A stretch of 64,000 nucleotides of DNA from Antedon mediterranea (taxonomy: Eukaryota > Animalia > Echinodermata). The DNA lies in the NCBI RefSeq assembly GCF_964355755.1, contig NC_092672.1, forward strand, positions 5,518,001 through 5,582,000, written 5' to 3'. Both the position numbers and the translations under genes were made by a program. The notes under the pieces are model-generated. The model made no database searches. It was not told where the DNA came from and was given only the letters and a program-made list of their open reading frames with translations. This document shows positions 53,032 through 64,000 of the stretch, piece by piece (the first letter of the stretch is position 1; every line of letters starts with the position of its first letter).

Positions 53032-54818
53032 ATGATGAATAATATGTGGGGTTTTCTTCGGGTTACTATACCGTTCTTTCTATAATATTCGGTCCAATAA
53101 TTAGAGGTAAATTGGGCCTAATGTGTTCCAAATACAATCCGTTAGTAAATGAAACTCAGTCGCTTGATGATTTCAGATGTCCTAAGGAATGTGACTGTAA
53201 ATATTGTAAGAAGAAAACGGAATTATATTACACTCACAGCGTGTTTTGTTCAAATAAAGGATTGATATCCATTCCATCGCAAGATACGGTACCAACTGAT
53301 GTTGAATATTATAATCTATCCTACAACAAGATTGATTCACTAAAGCACGACTCTTTTCAGAATTTAACTGTTTTGCGGTATTTATATTGTCTTGATAATA
53401 ACGATCTTAATCATAAATCTGTTGATGTTAATGCATTTTGTGACTTGCACAATTTAACACATTTATCTATGACTGGAAACCATCACTTACGTCATCTTTT
53501 GTCACAGTGGTTTGTTGATCTTGTGTCTGTAGAAGAATTACATCTACAATATTGTGAATTAACTACAATATACCCGGATGTAATTAATAATTGCAAAAGA
53601 ATAATTAAAATTGATCTTACAAAAAACTACATAAAGTATATGAACTCTAGCACTTTTCAGAATTTACCAGTTCTTAAATATTTATATCTAAACAACAATC
53701 ATATTACCGGTATAGCACCACAAGCATTCAAAGGTTCGTTCCGATTGCAACGAATGACTCTAGGTAATAACTTCCTGTCTACAATCACTGAGGATGTTGG
53801 ACTTCAAAATCTGACTCAATTACAGATGCTAAATGTGGCGTACAACGCGTTTCTGTGTGACTGTGATTTAATGTGGTTTAGAAAATGGATTGGGAAAACG
53901 AATGTTAGCATTCAAGACACCAACCGTACAACATGTCAATTTTCAGATAGTAAAGAAGACAAGAATATATTGAATTTTGATCCTGATAAACTACACTGCA
54001 GCACGCTTGATCGAATTGTATACCTTACAATTCCTTGTGCTTCAGCTGGGCTTATTTTTGTAATTATAGCTTTCAATCTTTACCGTTACAGATTTCATTT
54101 AAGGTAAGACCATTATTTATTCCAGCTGTTAAGTATATGCAAAATGTACAACAAAGATCGTTAAAATATCGATATCTGATTAGTACAGTTTTTTTTCAAC
54201 AGACGTTTAATGTTTTTATTATATAAATCTATTTTTTTACAATAAATCATTTATTTTAATGTTAGATATTGGAATCAACGAAGAAGCCTTCGTAAACAAT
54301 ATCAGCGAATTTGCAGCCAAGGACCTCCTACTATTAACGGAGAAAACGTTCGGTATGACGTGTTTGTCTGTTACAACAGCAAGGACATACAATGGGTTCT
54401 TGATGTTTTACAGCTATCGTTAGAGGTGCAGCGAAATTTTAAACTGTTCGTCGACTATTGAAATTTTATTACAGGAGAAGCAATCATTACAAACATTGCA
54501 AATGCTGTTAAACTCAGTCGTAAGGTCTTGTTAGTGGTATCGAAACATTGTGCCAAAAGTGAGTGGTGCAACTTCGAACTACAGATGGCGCGCATGCGTA
54601 TGTTCGACCATCATGAAGATATTTTGGTCGTCGTATTAATTGAGAAAGTTTTGGCTAAAGACATGCCGATACTCTTGCACAAGATATTAACCACGACAAC
54701 TTATATCGAGTGGGATGAACATCCGAAGAGACAAGCATTGTTCTGGGCCAAGCTTGAAACAGCTCTTTTGTCACCTAACTGTCCTAAAGATAGGCTCATT
54801 GATAACACCAGATATTAG
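53032..54818 (+). pseudogene. TLR-C, probable pseudogene (exon 1 53032-54103, TIR exon 54266-54818)
   Basis: A 2-nt frameshift in the signal peptide near 53069-53071 puts the ATG frame into TAA near 53083; a CGA>TGA nonsense codon at 54459-54461 interrupts TIR box 2. Confidence 0.88.
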
Positions 54819-55859
54819 TATCCAATAATCAGTGGCGCTGTATGGTGATGATATTGTCTTATGTGTATATTTCTTGTACCATAAATTTAGTACTGTATAT
54901 TAACATAAATTCTAGTCGGTTAGATTACCTAAATAAGCATTGTCACCTCCTTTTCAGATGATTGTTAATTCAATTCTTGTTTAACTACTTATTAATTTGT
55001 CCTCATCAAGTATTTAATTCGCTGTGTATAAAACATCTTTATTAATGTTTTAATACATTATGCTTGCATACGTATCGCATCTACATCTGTATCTGTTGTC
55101 TGATTGGCTACTTCGTGCTTCAAACCAGAAACTCTCTAAATAGTCTATATTCTTGTTTATGTGAAAGCTAATGGAAACCTAGTCTAGACTGTGTGTCTAC
55201 TTAATATTAGTAACAATATTTTGGCAAATTTGGCGTTTCATATGTATAATCTTGAGCTCGCAATCTCGACAATCTAAAAGTCGACTATCATGTGTGTTCG
55301 CATTTTACATCTGGTATCTGATTGGCTACTTCTTGCTTAAAACCTTAAACTTTCTACATATTCTAAACTCGTGTTTTTGTGAAAGTTTACGACCTACTAG
55401 AAACCCATAATAACTAAAGAGAAATACTCAGTCAATACTGCTTAGTCACATTACTATTGCACTGATCCTTTATTGAACTAAAAACGTTCATGTTTTGCTT
55501 GTCTTTTTTCAAATGCAAGTTCATTTACATTAATTAAGCAGTATTCACTCTTTGCATAGGCCTACAAGACATTTTGGATGGTATTTGCATATTAGTAAAA
55601 CGTGTTTCTTTAGTTAACAAACTGCTATCACTAATTTTTAACATAACCTCGTGTTTTTGTGCATAAGATTAGTGTGTAATTATTGATATAATTCGTTATT
55701 TTATATACTGTAGGCTAAATTTTTAAAAACATAATTAAAACCTGAATCATCACTGTTATTGTTCAATTTCTGATGTAAATTTGAAGGTGGCGTAAGCCTC
55801 ACAAAATTAATAGTAGGACTTAAACAAATTTAAGAAGTAAATGTGGTATAAGATTTGTT

Positions 55860-56035
55860 CCCAGCAAACAGAACGTTTGTAGAACGTAATCAGACGTTTG
55901 AATTTGGGGTTTATAGGGTTTGGTTTTTCTAAAACGTTTTAAACACGTTTTTTCAACGTTTCTGTGGTAGAGATAAATGCTCTAATCGAACAATGTTTGC
56001 ATTAAAACGTTAAAAAAACGTTATAATAACGAATG
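55860..56035 (+). mobile_element. Single terminus of an EnSpm/CMC-like element
   Basis: CCCAGCAAACA start followed by many AACGTT subterminal repeats; absent at the homologous position near 61175-61190; no partner end found. Confidence 0.5.
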
Positions 56036-56592
56036 CAAAACACTAAATTGAGAAATAAAATATTGAAAATAACATGTTATGAAATATAAACTAAAGAAAT
56101 AAAAAAATACAGTATAACAATCTGATACTTCTCAATGTAAGTAGTGGTGCCGAGGAGATTGCCTTCGGCGCAATCACTGATTTGTTTAAACTGATACGAA
56201 TAGGTGACGGTTAACGGTAACTATGACATGGTAGAACAAGACAGGGTGTTGTAAATTGTTCAGTGTACAAGCAGCCCACAATAAACATCATGTAGTGCCA
56301 TATCTGCTGACGCTAACACACACACACCATACAACTTTAGTTAAAAGACTACTAAATAAATTAACATAAACCTAACCTAAACTTTTAAACAATCCTCAAT
56401 GATGTTCAAACTATGGTATACTGGAAAGCTGAAGCATTAAATAATCAGCCGAACAGCTGGCTGACGATTTTAAAGAAGAGGCTTTAGACTGTATGGTATC
56501 AGGAGATGTTGTACAGAATCCCATAGGATGAAGGTTGTTGTTAGAAGACGCGATACTGCATGATGTATTTATTACCAGCCAAGATACATGGT

Positions 56593-56758
56593 ACCCGTAG
56601 GAAGACCAAGAAATAACTGGATGAATCAAATAAAGAAAGACTTACAAGGACTAGTAGACACTAACACAATAACAAACCATCCTGCCATAAACAGAAAAAA
56701 ATGGAAACGAATTGTGGAAAGCGTAATGTCGGAAGACGGAAAACGTTAACAACAACAA
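56593..56758 (+). mobile_element. 5'-truncated RTE-clade LINE 3' end with a 13-bp TSD
   Basis: Encodes PVGRPRNNWMNQIKKDL...AINRKKWKRIV (GRP..W, R..W pattern of RTE C-termini); (AAC)n tail; flanked by CAAGATACATGGT at 56580-56592 and 56759-56771. Confidence 0.8.
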
Positions 56759-57101
56759 CAAGATACATGGTGCATAGCGTGGCACAAGACATTAACTTTA
56801 CAAATTCCTCATGAAGTATTTTACATTGGAAGATTCAAAATGTATCGTACAATACAGTTTCATGTACACACTACAGTAGTTACTTGAATAACTTTCTACC
56901 GTACTTCGATTGTAGGTTTACAAGCCATACGTTGGTAATTTTTGGACATAAGACATTCGGTTTGGTTTGGATGAAAGTCGATGAATTTGAGAAGTAGTTA
57001 AATTATTTTTTTAAAGAATTATTTCAGTTTTAGCACATTAAATTCTTGCATTTGTTACAAAAGTGAAGTATGAATTAAATCAATAATAATTATATTTTGT
57101 C

Positions 57102-57900
57102 CAAGAAAAGAAAGCTGTTCGTCTTATCTCGGGTAACTCACGTCTTGCTCATACTAATATCCTTTTTTATAACCTTAAACTCTTAACTGTGCACGATATT
57201 ATTAAACTCCAACAATGCATTTTCGTTTATGAACATATTAATTCCAAACTGCCTTCTAACTTTTCCTGTAATTTTTTAACTAACTCTGAAATCCATTCGT
57301 ATAACACAAGAGCATCACGGGACCTTCATCTTCCTCAACCTAAACTAACTAAAATGAAACTTAACATTCGCTATAGTGGTTCTAAACTATTCAATAATCT
57401 ACCTCCCGAAATTTCATAATCGTCTTCTAGCAAAATGTTCTCTCTTAAACTTAAAGAATATCTTATTTCAAATTATAACTAATTGTTTTCTCTATTTTGT
57501 AATATTTTTTTAACTTTAGAAACTTTTTCGAAATTGCTTCCTTTTCTGTTGGTGTGTGTGTGTGTCTGTTGATCTTTTTGTGTATGTGTAGTTATATGTT
57601 TACATTTATATATTTAAGTATATAATCTTCTTACATGGCTTCCCAACATACAAGTTTCAATTGGATTTTTGTTTCCAATTGATCGATACTTTCTTGGGTT
57701 TTTTTGCCTCTTTCATTTTGTATATAACTGAATCATCTTTTTACACATTATGATTTACTGTATTATATCTCTAAAAAAAAAAAAATATTTATTTATAAAA
57801 TATCAGAAATTATAATGTTTTTTTTTTTTTTTACTCAAATATGAATGAAAGAAATAAATGTTTATTTGAATTGAATTGAATTTAATTGAATTTAATTTGA
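57102..57900 (+). mobile_element. 5'-truncated L2/CR1-clade LINE (ORF2 C-terminus, 3' UTR, (ATTGA)n tail) upstream of TLR-D
   Basis: KKAVRLI...AHTNILFYNLKLL...HSYNTR...RYSGSKLFNNLP is the typical post-RT tail; AATAAA plus a short tandem tail; absent from the homologous region before TLR-E. Confidence 0.8.
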
Positions 57901-58181
57901 ACCATTTACATTAAAAGGAGATTATAACGTCTATTAGTTTCAGAAATACTGTAATTAAAATGATTGTTAGAAGAATTATTTCAGTTTTATTGAACCCAAT
58001 TCTTGCATTTGTTACGAAAGTGAAATATTAATAAATCACTATTTTCCACCTTGAACCATTACCTAAAAAGGAGATGAATAACGATATGTCATTATCACTT
58101 CTCCTTATTGGAATACATGTACAGTCGATTTCTCTCATTATTACGTTATACTGCAACGTAAAAGGTTCATACAGTACCACT

Positions 58182-60059
58182 ATGAATATGTGGACTCTTC
58201 TTCCCGTTACTATCGTTCTTTTCGTAACATTCTACTCTCCTATTAGCAGTAAATTAACATGCTACAACTACAATCCGTTAGTAAATGGAACTCAGCAGCT
58301 AGATGATTTCAGATGTCCTAAGAAATGCTACTGTAAATATTGTAAGAATGAAACGGAATTATACTACAATCATAAAGTGTTTTGTTCACGTAAAGGATTG
58401 AAAGCTATTCCCTCGCAAGCTACGGTGCCAACTGATGTTAAATATTACAATCTGGAAGACAACAGTATTTTGTTTCTGAAGAACTACTCTTTCCAGAATT
58501 TAACTGATCTACGATTTTTAAATATTAATAACAACAAGTTGACTTATCAAAACATTGATATTAATGCATTCCGTGGCTTGCGAAAATTGACTGATTTAAC
58601 TATGGTTGAGAACCAAAATTTGTATCAACTTTTGCCCTGGCTTGATGATCTAGTTTCTTTAGAACAATTATATCTACAATACTGTGGATTAACAACAATA
58701 TATCCTAAGGTATTTAACAATTGTAAAAAACTAATTAAAGTTGATCTTGCAAGAAACTCTATAATCTCTATTAACTCCGCAACTTTCCAGAATTTACCAG
58801 TTCTTAAATATTTTTATCTAAACAGCAATCAGATTATCTACATAGCACCAAAATCATTTAGTGGTTCATCCCAATTACGTAAACTGACTCTAAATGACAA
58901 CCAGCTGACTACAATCACAGAAGACGCTGGACTTCAAAATCTGACTCAATTACAGCTTCTAGATGTGGCGTACAACAAATTTCGTTGTGACTGTGATTTT
59001 GTGTGGTTTAGAAAATGGATTGGGAAAACGAATGTTACAATTCAAGACATCAACAACACAAAATGTATCCCATATCAAGGCACAGAATACAAGAAATTAA
59101 TGAACTTTCATCCGGATGAACTAAACTGCAGCAAATTTGAAACAATCTTAAAAGAAACAATTCCTTCTGCATCAGCTGGGCTTTTTGTTGTAATTGTGTG
59201 TGCAGTCTCTTACCGCTACAGATTCTATTTAAGGTAAGGTGTTTTCAATTATATATGCCTGCTGTTATGTACACGCAAAAAAAAACACAAAAGTAAAATA
59301 TCGATTTCTTATTAGATAGTTTTTTTAACAGGCTTTTAATATAGACCTATTTAATCATATTGAATGTAACATTTTATATTGTTTAAATCATACGTTTTTC
59401 TTCCTTTTAAAGTTTTAAAATCAAATCTTTTGCAAAAGATAATTTAATTATTATTTTATGAAATATGTTGAATTATGTAAATAGTAAATGAATTTTAATT
59501 ATTTCAATGTAGGTATTGGAACCAACGACGACGCCTTCGTAAACAATACCAGCGAATTTGCAACCAAGGACCTCCTACTCTCAACGGAGAAAATATTCGG
59601 TATGACGTGTTTGTCTGTTACAACAGCAACGATCAACAATGGGTTCTGAAAACCCTACAGCCATCGTTGGAGGTACAGCGAAATTTTAGACTTTTTGTTG
59701 ACTATCGAGACTTTATTCCAGGAGAGGCAATCGTTACAAACATTGCAAATGGTGTTAAACTCTGTCGTAAGGTGTTGTTAGTTGTCTCCAAACATTTTGC
59801 CAAAAGTGAGTGGTGTAACTTCGAATTAGAGATGGCGCGCATGCGTATGTTTGACAACCATGAAGATATCTTGGTAGTGGTATTACTTGAAAAGGTGTCA
59901 CCTAAAGACATGCCGATACTCTTACACAAGATATTGACCACAACAACTTATATCGAATGGGAAGAACATCCAGACAGACAAGCATTGTTCTGGGCCAAGC
60001 TTGAAACAGCTCTTTTGTCACCTAACTGTCCAAAAGATAGGCTCATTGACAACCCATAG
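58182..60059 (+). CDS. Short Toll-like receptor TLR-D, intact (58182-59233, 59513-60059; about 532 aa; upstream in-frame ATG at 58074)
   Basis: Signal peptide, LRRNT, 8 LRRs, LRRCT (NKFRCDCDFVWF), TM, phase-2 intron, TIR with RDFIPGE and FWAKL; no disablements. Confidence 0.93.
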
Positions 60060-61034
60060 AAACCTTTGCACCATCGAAAGTATCCGCATAAGACGTATAT
60101 TATTTTACAACATTTAGTGACAAAAGAAACATTTTCTAGGATGGTTGAAAAAATTATTTAATTTGATTTGGTTTTTAATCATTTCTAACATCAAGCACAT
60201 ACCTCAGTAATTACAAGATTGCAAACAAGTCAATGCTTTCTCCACACCTTTGTTGTGTTGGTGTGCGTTCAGGTGGTAGGGAAGACTACAATTAAATTTT
60301 ACTCTTCCTTGATTCAGATGTGTTTAAACTCCAAAATATCCTAGGCAAAGCAAAAGGGTATGATGTATAGTATCATGATTCGGCAGTAGTGCTCTTTTGA
60401 CAATGATAAGTATCCTGATGATATTACCTTATAAATTTTCGGTACTCTAAATGCAGTAGTACTGTATATAATGCTTTTGAAAGTTCTATTAGGTGAAAAT
60501 AAGAATTGACATCTCTTCATTTGAATGATTGGTTAATTTGTATATAACTACTTTTTAATAATTCATTAATTAATTTGTAATCTACTTATTAGTGTGTCTT
60601 CATCTCGTATATAATTCGCTAATTACAGCTTTGTTAATGTATTTCTTTAATTGTAACTGACTTATGCTTGTATACGTATCCGAATATATGTACATGTGGT
60701 ATCTGATGTCTCATTCCTTAACGTTCCGAATCAAATCTTATCGCCATTTGCATACACGACATGTTGCATTGTATTTGCATAATTAGTAAAACGTGTTGGC
60801 GCCTTCTTTAGTTAACAAACTGTTATCACTGTTTTGTAATATAACCTTGTAACAGTTATTTTAAAAAAAAGTGTTTTTATGCATAAGATTAGTGTATAAT
60901 TATTGATATTATTCGTTATTTTATATAGGCTAAATTAAAAAAATAATAACAATTAAAATCTGAATCATCACTGTTAAAAATGTATAATGTAAATTTGAAT
61001 AAAAGAAAAAACAAAAATGATAGTAGGTCGAACT

Positions 61035-61158
61035 TTAACAGGCCATATACATGACTGCAGTCGCTAAAATTTGAGTTAGTGTGTACCGACTGACCGACCA
61101 ACCGACCAACCAAACGACCAACCGACCGACATAGTTAGCTGTAGAGTGCGACTAAAAA
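61035..61158 (+). mobile_element. HINE/DINE-1-like element, degraded
   Basis: (GACC/AACC)n tract ending CCGACATAGT...AGAGTGCGACTAAAAA, like 42973-43097. Confidence 0.5.
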
Positions 61159-61872
61159 TTATGGTGGTATAAGATTTGTTACATACAAAAAATGTGGATG
61201 TTACCTGCCCTATCTACGATATGATACAAACAGGACAGGTGTGGTTGTTCAGTGCATACGTAGCCGATTCGCATACCGTATACGCCTAACAACAATAAAA
61301 TACACTGCTGTACCATGTCTGCTGACGGTAACATGCCCATAGAGCACCTAACTCCTAATAAATATAAATATTAACATAATCTAACTAACCCTCATCTAAC
61401 GTGGGTTCCTACTTCCTACCAATTGGAAGTCTGAAGCACTAACAATTCAGCCGAACAGCTGACTGACAGGAAGGCGTTTGAAGAAAAGACATGACTGTAT
61501 GTTATCAGGAGTGGCTCGCTATCCCATATAGGATGAAGGTCGTGATACTGGATGGTGTTTATTTTCTCCAGACATGATATTTCGTGTATCGAGTAGCACA
61601 AGATATCAACAGCATACAAGTCCTCATGATGTACCTTACATGGGAAGATTCACGTTTGTCGTACAATGAAGTTGTGACACTATCTTCCAAATGACACAGG
61701 CTAACACAATTTAATAAAAACTGATCAAGCACAACATTGTCTTTTTACAGGGGTGGCTTTTTCCGATAATAGACAGAATCTGATAGACATAAACTTTCTA
61801 ATCCATGATGCTATGATTTGTAATAATGATCGTATCACAGTTTTTGCAACTTCGGATAGTTTGCGTCACCTA

Positions 61873-62103
61873 TGTGGCTTGGTGGTTAAGATGCTTGGTT
61901 ACCAATTCAAGGGTCCTGGGTTCAAGTCCTGTCGACATATGTCAGGATTTATTCAAATTCCACTCACAAAGACTTGTAATAAGACTTTGTTTATGTAGAG
62001 CATGTTTGTCTTGTGAACAGGATTGCCACCTTTAAGAAGGATAGTGAATGAATTCGCTTATCCTTAGCAATTTGCCTAAATATAATGAACAAAATAAATA
62101 AAA
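61873..62103 (+). mobile_element. tRNA-derived SINE, a different family
   Basis: A box TGGCTTGGTGG, B box GGTTCAAGTCC and an AAATAAATAAAA tail. Confidence 0.55.
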
Positions 62104-62861
62104 CACTATCGGGTTTAAGGACGAAGATGAGGCTATAGACTGTAGAGTATCAGAGATACAGTTTCCCATATGGGATGAATGTTGCTGTTAGAAGACGCGA
62201 TACTGAGTGGTGTGTTTGTTACCAGACTTGATACCACGTGCATCAACTACTCCCAACGGCGTATCTTACATGGAAGGTTTCTACATTTATCGTACAATAA
62301 ATTTGCGACTCTATCTCTACTCACTAGTTACTAACTTTCCACTGTACACACATCGTAGGATTAACAAGCCATGCATTGGTAATTTTTGGACATAAGCAAT
62401 AAAGATTTGGTTTGGATGAAAGTCGATAAATTTCCCAAACAATTAAATCGTTTTTTTAAAGAATTATATGAGGTTTAGTACACTAAATTCTTGCATTTGT
62501 TATGAAAGTTAAATATTAATAAACCATTAATATTTATAATGTTTTGTCTTCAGAAGAAAGTGAAAATAACTATTTTTTAATTTGTACCATTTACTTGAAA
62601 ATGAGATAATAACGTCAATTAATTTCAGAAAATAATTCAATTGACTTTTATTTTAGTTTCATTGCTCCAAATTCTAGCCTTTGTTACGAAAGTGAAATAT
62701 TAATAAATCACTATTTTTCCAGCTTGAACCATTACCTAAAAAGGAGATGAATAACGATATGTCATTATCCATTATCACTTCTCCTTATTGGAATACATGT
62801 ACAGTCGATTTTTCTCATTATTACGTTATACTTCAACGTAAAAGGTTCATACAATACCACT

Positions 62862-63913
62862 ATGAATATGTGTACTCTTCTTCCCGTTAGTATCGTTCTT
62901 TTCGTAACATTCTACTGTCCTATTAGCGGTAAATTAACATGCCACAATTACAATCCGTCGGTAAATGGAACTCAGTCGCTAGATGATTTCAGATGTCCTA
63001 AGCAATGTGACTGTCAATATTGTAAGGAAGAAACGGGTGTATACTACAATCATGAGGTGTATTGTTCAAGCAGAGTATTGAACGCTATTCCATCGCGAGA
63101 TACAGTGCCAACTGACGTTAAAAGTTATCATTTGGACGGCAACGATATTTCGACACTGAAGAACGACTCTTTCCAGAATTTAACTGTTCTACGATATTTA
63201 GATCTTAGTTACAACAATCTATATTATAAAAACATGGATATTAATGCATTCCTTGGTTTGCAAAAATTGATTCATTTATCAATGGATTATAATCAACAGC
63301 TGTATAAACTTTTGCCCTGGTTTGATGATCTAGTTTCTTTAGAACAATTACATCTACAGTATTGTGGATTAACAACAATATATCCTAAGGTACTTAACAA
63401 TTGTAAAAAAGTAATAACAATTGATCTTTCAAGAAACTCTATAAAATATATTGACTCAGAAACTTTCCAGAATTTACCAGTTCTTAAATATCTATATCTA
63501 AAAAAAAATCAGATTACCGTTATAGCACCACACGCATTTAAAGGTTCATTGCGATTACAAGGAATGACTCTAGGTGACAACCTGCTGACTACAATCATAG
63601 AAGACGTTGGACTCCAAAATCTGACTCAATTACAGTTTATAGAAGTGGCGTACAACAAATTTATGTGTGACTGTGATTTAGTGTGGTTTAGAAAATGGAT
63701 TGGGATAACGAATGTTACAATACAAGAAACCAACCATACAACATGTCAATTTCCAGGTAGTAAAAAATACAAGAATTTATTGAATTTTGATCCTGATAAA
63801 CTAAACTGCAGCAAACTTAATAGAATCTTAGAAGTTACAATTCCTTGTGCTTCTGCTGGCCTTATTGTTGTAATTATGGGTTCAACACTTTACCGCTTCA
63901 GATTTCATTTAAG
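62862..63913 (+). CDS. Short Toll-like receptor TLR-E, exon 1 (ectodomain plus TM); TIR exon expected beyond the window
   Basis: Open 351-codon frame paralogous to TLR-B/C/D, ending at the same AG|GTAAG donor. Confidence 0.9.
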
Positions 63914-64000
63914 GTAAGATCATTCGTATTTAAGTATTTATTTACTGTGAAGTATACACAAAAACATATTAAACAGACTTTTAATGTATTTTATTTTAAT

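Noticed and set aside
29494-59941. Antisense ORFs over TLR exons (29494-29982, 43822-44058, 47357-47596, 59702-59941)
   Set aside because: Shadows of the sense coding frames, with no independent protein features.
61753-61872. Possible Mutator-like transposase fragment (FLIHD...RITVFATSDSLRHL)
   Set aside because: Too short to support without a profile search.

Overview
AT-rich, intron-rich animal genomic DNA, probably an invertebrate deuterostome such as an echinoderm. That guess rests on the Deu/Nin-type SINEs and a tandem TLR expansion and is not provable here. The left 41 kb holds five spliced genes rebuilt by hand from GT-AG junctions: the 5' part of GLOD4 (-), DDX52 (+), a C-factor/sniffer-like SDR (-), an SLC15A4-like lysosomal peptide transporter (+) and NADPH-cytochrome P450 reductase POR (-). 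A two-exon short Toll-like receptor lies antisense inside a POR intron. The right 23 kb is a tandem array of related short TLRs (about 8 LRRs, TM, intron, TIR): one split by a CACTA-like transposon, one pseudogene, one intact, one running off the window, plus two relics. Main observations: (i) short TLRs with variable LRR faces, near-invariant TIRs, mosaic paralogs and an IRF/ISRE motif before each copy, linked to an SLC15A4 whose promoter has a canonical kB site and CLEAR-like boxes; (ii) a transposon inserted just before a TLR splice donor that also supplies an in-frame cryptic donor; (iii) a 61-bp CCAAT-box satellite amplified from a single-copy motif of the TLR repeat unit; (iv) recurrent TA-duplicating micro-insertions (TA-CAG/CTG-TA and TA-GGCC-TA), shown by paralog comparison, with the GGCC type piling up near promoters. 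All coordinates were counted by eye and no database searches were run.
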